In this document: positions 45,951 to 56,453 of the stretch, in pieces
How positions within the stretch are numbered: the first letter of the stretch is position 1
Layout: each line of letters begins with the position of its first letter
From: a virus
IMG/VR virus record: IMGVR_UViG_3300028394_000042
Length of the DNA: 64,000 nucleotides
Strand: one strand, 5' to 3'
The notes under the pieces: generated by a model
What the model was told of the DNA's origin: nothing
The model's input: only the letters and a program-made list of their open reading frames with translations
The model's database searches: none
Made by a program: the position numbers and the translations under genes

Positions 45951-48827
45951 TTAGCGTCCAATAATGGGGTAGTTGCCGTTAATCTTTTTCTTCTGACTGG
46001 CATTGCTTTTGAACGACGGCGCTTTGTACGCGTCGTTCAGGTTATCTACAGCGCCGCGGTCTTTATCCCGCAGTGCGCCGCCGTTGTTTTCAACAATGCC
46101 CATATCCTGTTCAATATACGCATCGTTGTCGGCAAGCCATTTTTTGCCCGGGAACGGCCAAGTCTCGTCGCAGATCTTAGACTTAACTGGCTTCTCTGTC
46201 CACTTGTCTAGGCTGGCGTTGCCTATTCGCGCCATTTGCTGCCACCGGTCTTCATACAGCAAGAAGTCTGGAATGGCGTACTGCTCGTCAGTCCTGAATG
46301 AGAACTCCATAATGTCGACAACGCGGTCATTTCCGGGTTGTTTGTCGTCGTACCACAGTTGGCCCAGATACGTTTCGTCGACGTTTGTGCCCAGCTCTGG
46401 TAGCGTCTTGTCGATGTAATCGCGTACCTTGTCAATGCCTTCGTTGACCTGCGTCTGGCATTTGTCGTCACATGGCGCCACAAACTGCGCGCCTTTTGCG
46501 GCGGCTTTTGTGATGATGTGCCCCTTGCTGGCCAGAAAACCAATCGAGCCGTTGCAGAGCACATTGCCGTTGAGAATGATATCTTTATCAATCCCCAGCG
46601 GCCCGTTTAGCAGCGTAAAACCGCCACGGAACATGTTCGACTTCGTAACTGGGCCTTCTTCAGTTGGCTTAAAGAAGTGCAGGATCTCGCCGTCTTCAGA
46701 GACGTAGTTGTACATAGCCTGCGACTTCGTGACGATATCTGCTGTGCCCTTACCGGCGTCTAGCATGATATTGCCGGCGCCGCTATTCTCGCCATCAACT
46801 GTGCGCAGGTACATCTGGTTACCGAGCGCGACAATATTGGAGTTGGGCGCCCGCAGCACTACCCCGCCAAATTGCACGTCGTCACCGCACTTTTCGAAGT
46901 CATACGTCTTTTTGGCTGACCGGCTCTCGATAAGCACGCCGCCGTCATTGTTGCCGTTGCCAGCCATCACCATGACGTGCTTTTCGCTCTTGATGCGCAC
47001 ACTTTGCTTGGTTGTCGAAACGTCTACGCCCTCGTTAGCTCGCAGCACGCAGTTACCGCCAGCCCACATTTGCGCGTCACGGCCCGACTTGATCCAAACG
47101 TCTCCGGGCGCAGAAAGCACAAGGCAGCCGGCAGACATGCGAATTTCAGCACCATAGCCGTCTCCGATGACAACGCTGCCGTCTTCCAGCAACGACACAA
47201 AGCTTTCTGTCTCGTAGAAGTTCTGTTTGCCGTAGCGGTGGTCGATATTCAGCGAAACAGGCTGCGGCTCTTTCAGGTACATAGAGCCTTTGAGCGAGCT
47301 AAAGTCAGGCAGGCGCTGGTTGCATGTTGCGTACTCCAGCTCAGACTGTTCCCACGTTTTGTAGTCTTTGGTGTGCCAGTAAAACGGGTGCAGGCCGGAG
47401 TAGTTGAACAGGTAGCCGTGAAGGTCTAAAACAGCCGCTGCGCGCTGTAGGTTAGGGTGCGCGCTGTCTGTAGTCTGGATGTCGCCCGTAATCTTGTGCT
47501 CAGGGCCGTTGCCGTACTTACTGGCGGCTTTGTACGCTTGTTCGGTGTCGTCGCCCTTGCCAGACTCGGGTCGCTTGAGACGCTGCGGCATAGGGAGCAG
47601 CATGCGTTTAGATATCACAATCCCCTTGGCCGACGCTATGAACCGCCGCCCGTCTTGCCCGGTGTTGTCTTCAGCCAGCCCGTAAGCTGGTTTTTCTTCG
47701 TGCGTACGGGATTTGTCTTTACCGTTACCGGGGGCATCTGGCGCAAAACCACCTGTACTTGTGACTTTGGAGTCGTACGGCTGTGGCGGCGTACCAGCTG
47801 TATCGGGCTTGTAGGTCCAGAAATCAAGGCCCTGTGGCGGCGCGTGGACCACAGTTCGTCCGCCTTGCCCCAGATAACCAAAAAACTTCTGGGTGCGGTG
47901 ATACGGCTGCTGGAACTCGTTTTTGTTTTCCCAGTGCGAGTAGTGGGGTCTGCCTAGTGTGTTGTGGTAATCATCGGGCATGTAGACTTCAATGCCGTCA
48001 CCGGGTTTCAACATCCCGACAGCTTCCCACGGATATGGCGAGTAACCGTTTGTGTCGTTGCACTCTGCCTGATCCATGTAGGCGTCACGCTCGCTGCCAG
48101 CTGTCCACACCTGCAGGTTGTAGCCAGCCACGCGCAGCAACTGATCGTGGTAGAACCCGTAAATACCGCAAAACTCATTTACGGCAAGCTGCAGCATGAA
48201 GTCGTCAATGCTTAGCCGAATGCCGGTTGTTGAGATAGCGCCCCACTCGCCGGCAAGCGTAGCGTCGAACGGCCGCCAGTTGCTCCAATCAACCATCTGA
48301 CCGTTGAGCCGCTCTTTGATGTATTTCTTGTGGCAGTCGTCGACACGCTTGCGCGACGCCTGCGCGATGTAATCGTGGTACGCGCCACGACCAGTGCCCA
48401 GTACGCTAGGGTACGCGCCAAGGATGAACGCCTGCCCGATTTTGTCGTGCAGCATAATAATTACAGACGTGCCGGGCGTGTACGTATTAATTGACGTAGC
48501 GCCAAGGCAATTATTGCTTGTGTGCGTTGTCGCCTGCGCAATTACAGGCGCACGACCCTTCTCGACGAACACCTTGTAGCAATTCGCTATTGCTGTTCCG
48601 TCGACAATTTTGCCTAGACACACCCGGCCGGTGTCCTGAAACCCAAGCTTAAATCCGCATAGCTTAGAGAGCGGATCTGCTGCCGCCACACCTTGATTGC
48701 CGTTAGGCGGACTGGCAAATTGCGTATTGTTCTGCAGCCGCCTAACAGCCTGTGTCGGGTCGTAAGCGTACTGCGACGCGGAAGCCATAGGTTGCCCCAC
48801 CGGCTTCGAAGGCGGATTGCTGCTCAT
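45951..48827 (-). CDS. VgrG/gp5-like central spike protein
   Basis: N-terminal OB-like segment (PGTSVIIM...AFILG); beta-helix-like GDGYGAEIRMSAGCLVLSAPGDVWIKSGRD. Confidence 0.65.
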   Translation of the reverse strand: MSSNPPSKPVGQPMASASQYAYDPTQAVRRLQNNTQFASPPNGNQGVAAADPLSKLCGFKLGFQDTGRVCLGKIVDGTAIANCYKVFVEKGRAPVIAQATTHTSNNCLGATSINTYTPGTSVIIMLHDKIGQAFILGAYPSVLGTGRGAYHDYIAQASRKRVDDCHKKYIKERLNGQMVDWSNWRPFDATLAGEWGAISTTGIRLSIDDFMLQLAVNEFCGIYGFYHDQLLRVAGYNLQVWTAGSERDAYMDQAECNDTNGYSPYPWEAVGMLKPGDGIEVYMPDDYHNTLGRPHYSHWENKNEFQQPYHRTQKFFGYLGQGGRTVVHAPPQGLDFWTYKPDTAGTPPQPYDSKVTSTGGFAPDAPGNGKDKSRTHEEKPAYGLAEDNTGQDGRRFIASAKGIVISKRMLLPMPQRLKRPESGKGDDTEQAYKAASKYGNGPEHKITGDIQTTDSAHPNLQRAAAVLDLHGYLFNYSGLHPFYWHTKDYKTWEQSELEYATCNQRLPDFSSLKGSMYLKEPQPVSLNIDHRYGKQNFYETESFVSLLEDGSVVIGDGYGAEIRMSAGCLVLSAPGDVWIKSGRDAQMWAGGNCVLRANEGVDVSTTKQSVRIKSEKHVMVMAGNGNNDGGVLIESRSAKKTYDFEKCGDDVQFGGVVLRAPNSNIVALGNQMYLRTVDGENSGAGNIMLDAGKGTADIVTKSQAMYNYVSEDGEILHFFKPTEEGPVTKSNMFRGGFTLLNGPLGIDKDIILNGNVLCNGSIGFLASKGHIITKAAAKGAQFVAPCDDKCQTQVNEGIDKVRDYIDKTLPELGTNVDETYLGQLWYDDKQPGNDRVVDIMEFSFRTDEQYAIPDFLLYEDRWQQMARIGNASLDKWTEKPVKSKICDETWPFPGKKWLADNDAYIEQDMGIVENNGGALRDKDRGAVDNLNDAYKAPSFKSNASQKKKINGNYPIIGR

Positions 48828-48883
48828 TATGCCACCAAATGGTGTGGTTACGGGCTGTTGCCCAAGGCGTATAGCCTAATACC

Positions 48884-48920
48884 ATAAACGGCGGTCGCGT
48901 AAAACGCAACCGCCGTTTAT
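48884..48920 (-). terminator. intrinsic terminator after the tail tube gene
   Basis: ATAAACGGCGGTTGCGT-TTT-ACGCGACCGCCGTTTAT hairpin. Confidence 0.75.
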
Positions 48921-48985
48921 TTTGTCTTCCATTACAGTTAGCGCCGCAAAAATTAAACGCGCGGCTAAACTGCTATCGTGCTTGC

Positions 48986-49456
48986 TCAGGTCTGGGCGTA
49001 ATCAAGATCCAGAAACATAAACGCCAAATTTTCGCTGACCACTACTTCTTGCGCGGACACGCTGCCGCCAATGCTGGTCAGTGTTGCGCTCTTTAATTCG
49101 TAGGACAGGCTTGCTTTGTTTTTGCCGCAGGCAGAACTAGACATTCCCAGCTTAAGGTGCGCCGGCGTGCACATATTTCCGTACGCCGTAACCATAGCCC
49201 CGAAGTTTTTTGAGCCGCTAACGAGTCGCGTGATCTGCGCCTGCCCTTGGCGCCGATTACCAGAATAATACACGTTTGCCGACCCAATTTCATACAGCAT
49301 GTTAATTTGACGCGTTAACGTAAATTGAATCTGCTGCACAAGTGCGCCTGTGCCGTCGCCAACGCCGTTGGGCAACGTTAACGTCAGATCTTCTGCGCGA
49401 AAAGATCCGCCGTGCGTTTGAAAAGGAAGCGCTGCTGAACCAAAAACTGAGGCCAT
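48986..49456 (-). CDS. tail tube protein
   Basis: 156 aa directly after the sheath gene; LVQQIQFTLTRQINMLYEIGS...VSENLAFMF. Confidence 0.8.
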   Translation of the reverse strand: MASVFGSAALPFQTHGGSFRAEDLTLTLPNGVGDGTGALVQQIQFTLTRQINMLYEIGSANVYYSGNRRQGQAQITRLVSGSKNFGAMVTAYGNMCTPAHLKLGMSSSACGKNKASLSYELKSATLTSIGGSVSAQEVVVSENLAFMFLDLDYAQT

Positions 49457-49492
49457 AGTTCACCTAATGGTTGTGAGATGTGCGTACAAACC

Positions 49493-52384
49493 TTAAACGA
49501 CCAAGTGCAGCTCAATATTGTTAAGCGGCGCCGGGACAACCAGATCAAGCACAATCTCGATCCGGTCTTTGAGAAGCGGATGGAGTTGCAGGGTACGAAT
49601 TGTGCCCGAGATCAACTGTGACCCCAGTTCTTCTGTGTAACCGTTTGCGGTCAGAAAATCGATGACTGTGGTTACTTCGAACCGCAGCCGGCGAACCATG
49701 CCCTCTTGCGCGTTGGTGCGCCCGATAAACGGACGCAGCCGGCGCAGGAACAAGTAAGACATGCTGTCGACGTTTCGGCGGATCATCTCTTCCCGACGAT
49801 TCAGGTCAAGATTGTCCGTGGTCAGAGCGTGACGAGTAAACGGCGTGCCATCCTTGTCTTCAGTGACGATCCACACGCCAGCTTCGGCAAGCCGATTGAG
49901 CTGTGTCTCGTTGAAGTACTGGTACGACCGGCTGTAGTCGTCAAACCCGGCAACCTCGACGTTCGTGAGGGGCTGGTGTGGCACAACGCCGCTCGCCAGA
50001 CCACCAAGAGCCGCAGCAAGGAAAAATCCGGGCTGAATAACGCCAGCCTCGCCAACCTGATCGGGCCACACGCCGCACACGCGCCGGTTCGACAGCGAAC
50101 CAGCCTGCTGCACAACGTCTTCAACGATCTCGTTACGGTTTCGATTGTGATAGATTTCAACCCGCTGCGGAACGGTCACAACCTCGTCAACACCCGAGAA
50201 CAGGAGGAGCGTAGATTCAGAAAGCACGCTGTCTACAACGTACTCGCTGTACTGCTCTTCGCCGAACGAGTCCACCGTGTACATGTACCGGACAATGTCG
50301 CCGGGCCGCACGTCATTGGTGATGAAATAACCGTTGCCGCTGGTGACTTCCAGCCGCGTGTACTGCGTGCCAGTAGCCCCGGGATCATCGGCAACCGTGG
50401 CCAGCACCAAAGAATCAACAGTGTTAGCCAGCACGCCACCAATGGTCACGCCCTGCCCAACAACCTTGGCGACCGGATGCGCCTGCAGCGCAAAGAAAGC
50501 GGCTTTCCAGTTGTTGGCAACTTCGTTCGACTCGCCGCCGATGTGTGCAGCGTAAAGATCCTGCACAAGCCGGTCAAACGTGAGCGGGACGAGATTGTAC
50601 ATATCGTCGCGGCCCTTGATTCGCGTCAGCACCTCAACCCAGCTATCGAGCGATCCGGGGTTGGTGACAGCCGTATACTTCACCGCCGTGCCGTTAGAAT
50701 TGGACAGCGCCTTGTAGACGCCCCACTTCAACGGGTTGTCGGGGTGCAGCTGGCCGGGAATGTTATCAATATCTGCCACGTCTGTGAGCGTATTGACCTG
50801 ATCCGCCAGCGTCGACAGCCACTCACGGTACTCGATGTACAGCTTGCCGCCGTGTACTTCTAGCGGCAGCTCAACGCCACCGTCGGTCCACTCGGGATAG
50901 TAGGCAACCATGCCTTCTTGCACGCACAGCTGCGTAGCTTCGGCGTAGTAGTTAGTCAGCGGAGCAAAACCAAGCCGGCTAGCCGAGACTTCAATGTCAT
51001 CCTTGATGAACATTTTCATTTCAAGGTGGCAATTCTCGTCACGCATAGCGACCGGCAGGTCGTCACGCAGAATGAGCTCGTTCACAGCGCCGCTACCTGA
51101 CGCTGTAACCGTGATATACCACTTGTCGCCCTTGCGCATTCCGGCCACAGCGTCAGCTGCGCCGCTAACGCCAGTGAACTTCACCTTAACGCCGCGCGTG
51201 CCAATTGCTGTGCTAACAGCGTTGGTGCTGACGCCGTCGTCCGACACGACAGTTGGGCCGGAGAAATCAAGACCCTTCACAGTGCGCGCCGTGATCTGTG
51301 GCTTAACAGTTCCGGCAAACGTTCCACCGCGCACGCACTCGATGATGTACGTGTCGTCCTTGGCGCCCGTGTAGCCGGCAAGAATATTGCCGCTGCCGTC
51401 TGTACCGTCACTCGAAACGGCGTCAGAAATAGCGTTGACTTTTTCAAACACGCTGGTCACAACAACCCGCCATGTCTGCCCGGGCACAAACTCTTCGGGG
51501 CTTACACCAGCGGCAGTCGCAGCGGCACTGCATCCAACTGCGCCGTCGTTGTTGTAAAACACAACTTTCAGGCCGCGGGTGCCGATGTTGGTGTCTTCGC
51601 CGAACTCGGCCAACACCTCAGCCACGTCGTCTGTACCGCTCGCCGACCTGACCCGCAGGTTAGCCTGACTGCAATTACCAGCAGACGCGGTGATAGCCTC
51701 GATCACGTACTCTTCAGTGACCCGGCCAGAAGCCGCGCCGTCGTAGGCGTTGTTATCAGAAATCTCGACTGTAATGCAGTTATCTGGCCCGGCAACTTTC
51801 GTGACGGTAGCCGACGCGGCCACTGTGCCTTGATTGTTGACGTCAGAAACAGCAGGCGCAATCAAAGAGTCCGTCTTGCGGCTAACAAAACCGGTGATTG
51901 TCGTAGTCAGGTTGCTCTCAACACACGCGTTGTCGGGGTCAACAAACCGCAGCTTCACAACATCGCCAATCTTGACATCGCGGTCCTTGAAAGCAGCGCT
52001 GCGCGGATAGGCTGCGCCATTCGACTTAAACGACAGGCCCCACGCTTTAACATGATTTGGCTTGTTGCAAACAGCGTGAATGTGCGAGCAACCACAGGCG
52101 CTAGCAGCAAAGTCGTAATACAGCAACAGCGCGTCGTCGACGTACAGCTTTGTGTACTTGTCGTCAACGAGCGAACCGGGATTGCGGTGCGGCCACGCGT
52201 AGCACACATCTTGCAGCCGGTCGTACTCGCCGAGCAGGCTTTGTGGCTTTTCCGAAGAAACAGCATACCGGTGCAGCACAGCATTCGGACCAGAGATATG
52301 CGCGCGCAGCGGCTCCGTGATCTCAGTCGGGATGATCTTGAACTCTTGGAAAACAAGAACTTGGGGTTTTACGTAGCTCGACAT
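49493..52384 (-). CDS. contractile tail sheath protein
   Basis: MSSYVKPQVLVFQEF N-terminus; HQPLTN, RHALTT and EIVLDLVVPAPLNNIELHLVV at the C-terminus. Confidence 0.9.
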   Translation of the reverse strand: MSSYVKPQVLVFQEFKIIPTEITEPLRAHISGPNAVLHRYAVSSEKPQSLLGEYDRLQDVCYAWPHRNPGSLVDDKYTKLYVDDALLLYYDFAASACGCSHIHAVCNKPNHVKAWGLSFKSNGAAYPRSAAFKDRDVKIGDVVKLRFVDPDNACVESNLTTTITGFVSRKTDSLIAPAVSDVNNQGTVAASATVTKVAGPDNCITVEISDNNAYDGAASGRVTEEYVIEAITASAGNCSQANLRVRSASGTDDVAEVLAEFGEDTNIGTRGLKVVFYNNDGAVGCSAAATAAGVSPEEFVPGQTWRVVVTSVFEKVNAISDAVSSDGTDGSGNILAGYTGAKDDTYIIECVRGGTFAGTVKPQITARTVKGLDFSGPTVVSDDGVSTNAVSTAIGTRGVKVKFTGVSGAADAVAGMRKGDKWYITVTASGSGAVNELILRDDLPVAMRDENCHLEMKMFIKDDIEVSASRLGFAPLTNYYAEATQLCVQEGMVAYYPEWTDGGVELPLEVHGGKLYIEYREWLSTLADQVNTLTDVADIDNIPGQLHPDNPLKWGVYKALSNSNGTAVKYTAVTNPGSLDSWVEVLTRIKGRDDMYNLVPLTFDRLVQDLYAAHIGGESNEVANNWKAAFFALQAHPVAKVVGQGVTIGGVLANTVDSLVLATVADDPGATGTQYTRLEVTSGNGYFITNDVRPGDIVRYMYTVDSFGEEQYSEYVVDSVLSESTLLLFSGVDEVVTVPQRVEIYHNRNRNEIVEDVVQQAGSLSNRRVCGVWPDQVGEAGVIQPGFFLAAALGGLASGVVPHQPLTNVEVAGFDDYSRSYQYFNETQLNRLAEAGVWIVTEDKDGTPFTRHALTTDNLDLNRREEMIRRNVDSMSYLFLRRLRPFIGRTNAQEGMVRRLRFEVTTVIDFLTANGYTEELGSQLISGTIRTLQLHPLLKDRIEIVLDLVVPAPLNNIELHLVV

Positions 52385-52426
52385 GCGTCAGCCTCCGTGC
52401 CTATTTGTGTGCGGTTTTGCGGTCAC

Positions 52427-52461
52427 TGGGTAGTATACCTCACTACCCATTTCAAAAACAA
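52427..52461 (-). promoter_or_regulatory. candidate sigma70-type promoter with overlapping palindrome upstream of the sheath gene
   Basis: TTGTTT-N18-TATACT; TGGGTAGT-N7-ACTACCCA inverted repeat spans the -10 box. Confidence 0.5.
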
Positions 52462-52477
52462 AACCAGTAAAGTGAAT

Positions 52478-53188
52478 TTAACAAGACAGTAAATCTGATG
52501 CCTTGAAGACAATCCGCTTTAGGCGCGGTGCATACGGCTGGAGCGTCCAAGCTTCCTCGGCCATGTATGACACAGTGACAGGTACGGCATATCCCTGCAC
52601 AACTTCTTGAACCTCTCCTGCTCCGCCAACCTCAGACACAATGAACTTATGCAAGTCCATTTGGTCGCGAATCATTGGCGAAAAATGACCTAAAAACCTG
52701 ACAACTTCGGCGGCTAAGTATTCGTTCTCAGAGCCGGTGGCAGCTAAACAGAACAATGTGTGGCTGCCGGCCCAAAGCCCGGCATATGAGTTAGCTCCAG
52801 TATAATCATTCTGCCCACTCAAATCACCAATACCCTGCCGCTGCCATTGCCACGCATTTCGTTTAATCAACACGGCCGGGCGTTTATCAGCTGTATTTGG
52901 GGCCCAGCGCGTAATACTCTCAATCAGAATTCCGCCGGCGTTTAACCCGTTATCAACCGGTCGCCAAGCTCCAAGATCTTGTACCTGCCTACGCACACGC
53001 GGCTCGTCTACATTGTCGGCGTCTGCAAAGTGCGTAATAAGCAGTTGGCGCAGCAGTCCTGTCATTACGTGGGGGCGCATGCCGTAAGAACACAGCGAGC
53101 TAACTTTGCCTACGCGGTTCTCTGGTGTGCTGCCGGCCGGGAATTCAGCTTCTACTTCTGGCGGGTTTAACGGATCGCAGGTGCTCAC
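52478..53188 (-). CDS. putative tail terminator / neck protein
   Basis: Immediately upstream of the sheath gene; KRPAVLIKRN. Confidence 0.55.
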   Translation of the reverse strand: MSTCDPLNPPEVEAEFPAGSTPENRVGKVSSLCSYGMRPHVMTGLLRQLLITHFADADNVDEPRVRRQVQDLGAWRPVDNGLNAGGILIESITRWAPNTADKRPAVLIKRNAWQWQRQGIGDLSGQNDYTGANSYAGLWAGSHTLFCLAATGSENEYLAAEVVRFLGHFSPMIRDQMDLHKFIVSEVGGAGEVQEVVQGYAVPVTVSYMAEEAWTLQPYAPRLKRIVFKASDLLSC

Positions 53189-53202
53189 GGCAAAATCCTT
53201 TG

Positions 53203-54528
53203 TTAGATGTTCCAGAAGTCGTCGGCTGGGTCAACCGGGCCGCAGATCTTTTCTGTGCCGTCTGTAACCACATCGACGTTGTCTTCAGTAATGATAAGCT
53301 CTTCTTCGTTAACAACTGGCGTGGTCGGATCGTCGGAAGTGCCTTGCAGTTGTTGCTCGGACAGCCAGACGCAGCGGAGAGTAGCGCCGGCAGCCACAAC
53401 CGTAATAATTTGAATGTCCGGGCCGTAATCGCCGGGTTTTTCAAACAACAGCGCGTAATCACCCTCGTCTAGCTGCACAGCCGTTGTCCAGCGCCCGTTT
53501 GCGGATGTTGTTGTCACAGCGACGGCGTCAGTGCGGTCTGGCATAGCTGGATACGCTGCGTCATACACTGCTTTTGTGAACACATAGACATACGCGCCTT
53601 CGACAGCGCAATCTGTTCCGTCTGTGTAGGCTAAAGCGTCTGGCGCGCCGTAATTGTGGTCAACCGTGATCGCGCCACAGCCTTCAATAGGCAGCGCATA
53701 CACGGGCGGCGGGTTTGCTTCGCCGTACACTTCAAGTCCGTACGCCGTGTTGTTGAATGGAAGCAGGCCAAGCTGCACTGTATATACGAGCGGTACGTTA
53801 CGAATAGCGGCAGCTGTCTGGATGCTTTCAACCAGCCAGCGTTCGTCACTAGCGCCGTTGACCCAGATATCGTTTTTACTGAGCGCCGGAAAACCGATTA
53901 CGCGCGCTGTCACATACGGGTTATCGCGGGTTGTGCCCTTCGCCTGATCGTCAATCTGGGTCTGATTTGTCTGCGGTGACAAGTCCCAACACTGCATTTC
54001 AAGCGGCGGGTGATAGCCTGTCTCAAAGCCTGTACCTTTGCAAACAGCGCAGTTCGAGTCTGTGATCTCTTGCGTCAACGGGTCTAAACACCGCCGACAG
54101 GGCTGACCAAACCGCATGGGCTTTAAGAGGTACCCGGGAGTTGATACATACCGGTGGCGCAGTTTCTCTTTACGGATAACCTCGCGCGACAACACCCAGT
54201 CTTTTTCGGGTAGCTCGCCAAAACAGCTTGCGGCCTGAGATACGTACAGGTCGCTGGGCGTGGTTAGCGTAACGCGGTAGTGGCTAAGCAGCTCATAGCC
54301 AGATGTGTGCCAGCTTGGGTCATACGCTAAGTAGCTATCTGTGACCGGCGCGCCGATGTTTGTCCAGTCTACGGCGTCACGCAGGCCGGTTTTGCCGAGC
54401 TGTAACTGGAATACATACGGGCCGGGCTGGTTAAAAGTCGGCTCCAGCTGCCACCAAACGCGCGTGTTGCCGCGGACCATATGATCCACGGACACACGGC
54501 GGAACGGGAAAATACGAGATTGCGACAT
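53203..54528 (-). CDS. putative neck / head-completion protein with Zn-binding motif
   Basis: GQPCRRCLD...CAVCKGTGFETGY; position. Confidence 0.6.
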   Translation of the reverse strand: MSQSRIFPFRRVSVDHMVRGNTRVWWQLEPTFNQPGPYVFQLQLGKTGLRDAVDWTNIGAPVTDSYLAYDPSWHTSGYELLSHYRVTLTTPSDLYVSQAASCFGELPEKDWVLSREVIRKEKLRHRYVSTPGYLLKPMRFGQPCRRCLDPLTQEITDSNCAVCKGTGFETGYHPPLEMQCWDLSPQTNQTQIDDQAKGTTRDNPYVTARVIGFPALSKNDIWVNGASDERWLVESIQTAAAIRNVPLVYTVQLGLLPFNNTAYGLEVYGEANPPPVYALPIEGCGAITVDHNYGAPDALAYTDGTDCAVEGAYVYVFTKAVYDAAYPAMPDRTDAVAVTTTSANGRWTTAVQLDEGDYALLFEKPGDYGPDIQIITVVAAGATLRCVWLSEQQLQGTSDDPTTPVVNEEELIITEDNVDVVTDGTEKICGPVDPADDFWNI

Positions 54529-54530
54529 GC

Positions 54531-55547
54531 TTAGTACCGAATACGAATAGCGTCTGTGTAAGAGCTGTACTTATACGTAGAAGACACCTCGCCGTAGCAG
54601 CTTTCCAGATTGATACTCGCCTTCGTAGCCCGCACCCAGTCCTTGTAGGCTTGCCAGCGCATTTGGGCAGCGCGCTCGTAGCTAGACTCTTTGTTCTGGT
54701 CAGCAACAGACAGGCCGGCAGCGCTGTAGTCGAGCTGATTGCGCCGAAACTGCTCTGCTACCATCATAAACAAATTGGCGCAGATACCTTCCAGCCAATG
54801 ATATCTAAACGGAAAATTCTGAGTGTTGTAAACAGCGTCCAGCGGCGGCGGGATCTCGTTCCAGTACATAACAGGCCGCGTAATCGCTAGCGCAATCTCT
54901 GCGTTGTCGAACATTAAGTTATCTAAAAGAAAACTCTCGGACGGCGCTGAATCGCGCAAGTGCAGGCGAATCTCGGCAATACTGGGCGGGCCGCCTTGCG
55001 TATTCAACGTGTCAAACGTGCTGCGCGCGATCACCACCGAAAACGTATTCGAAAAGATGACGCACGGCGTATTGGCTGCTTGGGCCGGAATACTGACCAG
55101 CGCAAACTCGCCGTAGTAGATACCCGGCACGCCGACCATATTGGCGGTAAGGTCGGCCTCTACTTGGCCAACTGTGCCATCGCCCACGCGCGCCAGCACC
55201 TCTACGGGCAACTGCCAGTTACCGAGCGACAGCTGCTCTTTCAGGCGCAGTACAACCTTGAAATTACCGGTCTGCTCGTTGTTTACGCCAGCGCCTAACC
55301 CGGCGCCAGTGAGATTTACGGGGTTGCCAGCTTTATCGTGCATCTGCCACGCAATTGTGCTGCACTGCCCCTGCGTAAGCTCCACAGAGCGCATACGGGT
55401 GTTGTTCGGCACCCCGTTCACGGTAGAGATAGCCGGGCTGATGATATTCTGGCCCACGCACGAAACAGGCGTCAGCTCCTGCCCGCTTGTGTCGTTAACA
55501 CAGCAGTTTACGATAGGATGCGGGGCAGGAGTGGCAATAACAGGCAT
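54531..55547 (-). CDS. putative head-tail adaptor
   Basis: EIRLHLRD...LLDNLMFDNAEI...WNEIPP...RNQLDYSAAGLSV; beta-rich N-terminal domain. Confidence 0.65.
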   Translation of the reverse strand: MPVIATPAPHPIVNCCVNDTSGQELTPVSCVGQNIISPAISTVNGVPNNTRMRSVELTQGQCSTIAWQMHDKAGNPVNLTGAGLGAGVNNEQTGNFKVVLRLKEQLSLGNWQLPVEVLARVGDGTVGQVEADLTANMVGVPGIYYGEFALVSIPAQAANTPCVIFSNTFSVVIARSTFDTLNTQGGPPSIAEIRLHLRDSAPSESFLLDNLMFDNAEIALAITRPVMYWNEIPPPLDAVYNTQNFPFRYHWLEGICANLFMMVAEQFRRNQLDYSAAGLSVADQNKESSYERAAQMRWQAYKDWVRATKASINLESCYGEVSSTYKYSSYTDAIRIRY

Positions 55548-55591
55548 AGCGACTCTCCGTTAGTGAGTTAAGCATCCAATATACAAATAGA

Positions 55592-55619
55592 AAGGGCTGG
55601 CCAGTGACGGCCAGCCCTT
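55592..55619 (-). terminator. intrinsic terminator of the capsid operon
   Basis: AAGGGCTGGCC-N6-GGCCAGCCCTT followed by TCTATTT on the minus strand. Confidence 0.8.
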
Positions 55620-55644
55620 CCGTAAAACTGCTGTTGCAAAACGA

Positions 55645-56010
55645 CTAGGCGTCGTTGGCGTTGAGGTCGCCTTCGGTGTAGTCGCCACCACCCGTCCACG
55701 ACGGAGCCGTCGTGCCGAGTTCCTTGGTCGACGCCATACCGAGTTCGCGCGTCACGCCACCGGTCTCGCTGAGGATGTACACAGACGGAGACTTGATGAT
55801 CGACAAATCACCGTTCACCAGCGCGCTTTCGAGCGCCTTGAACTGCCGCTGTGCCCGCTTGCTGCCCAGCTTGGTGACAAGGTCACCCGGCTGAGTGTAC
55901 GTCTCGTTATTCGCGAGGCGCTTGCCGTGCGTGCCAAGAAATCCGAACACTCGCTCGGCTCCCGACACATTTTTCACGGTCGTATACAGATCTGTTGACG
56001 TATTAGGCAT
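55645..56010 (-). CDS. small putative virion protein
   Basis: 121 aa after the capsid gene, GGGAG SD. Confidence 0.75.
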   Translation of the reverse strand: MPNTSTDLYTTVKNVSGAERVFGFLGTHGKRLANNETYTQPGDLVTKLGSKRAQRQFKALESALVNGDLSIIKSPSVYILSETGGVTRELGMASTKELGTTAPSWTGGGDYTEGDLNANDA

Positions 56011-56029
56011 GTGTTGTCACTCCCATTGT

Positions 56030-56416
56030 TCACTGTGTGTCTTGCAGAGCCGAAGCAGCAGCTGCCTGTAACATCAGAACAGCCTGCGCAATAGCCGGCT
56101 GCTCTGCTGCCACGTCGGCCGCACTGCTGAACGCAGCCGATTTCTCAACCGGACCACCGAGGCCCGCGGCGGCAAGCATCGCGTCGAGTTGCTGGTTATG
56201 AGCAACTAACGTCGATGCTTGCGCAGCCGCGACCTTTTCCTGCTCTGCCGTGTAGAGCACGTGGAGCTTAGAGGCAGCTGACCACATTTCTGCAGCTTCA
56301 CTCTCGGAACGCGGGTTAACCCCGTATGCCGAAAGCTTCTCGAAGAAATACGGCGCGGCAAGCTCCGTCACCATTGTGGCGTACGCCTGCTCAGCCGCCT
56401 CTTTGACATTGTCCAT
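56030..56416 (-). CDS. K-x-A-motif head protein
   Basis: VKEAA, FFEKLSA, EKVAA, EKSAA. Confidence 0.75.
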   Translation of the reverse strand: MDNVKEAAEQAYATMVTELAAPYFFEKLSAYGVNPRSESEAAEMWSAASKLHVLYTAEQEKVAAAQASTLVAHNQQLDAMLAAAGLGGPVEKSAAFSSAADVAAEQPAIAQAVLMLQAAAASALQDTQ

Positions 56417-56453
56417 GACTAGTGCTCCTGTGGTTTTTAACCGTTACACGACA

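Noticed and set aside
29895-52384. Extracellular contractile injection system or T6SS locus
   Set aside because: Capsid, prohead protease, neck and terminase genes are present, so this is a phage virion gene set.
17996-53188. Two structural-module proteins (starts 18511 and 53188) both begin MSTCDP
   Set aside because: Only six residues are shared with no further similarity; cannot be distinguished from chance.
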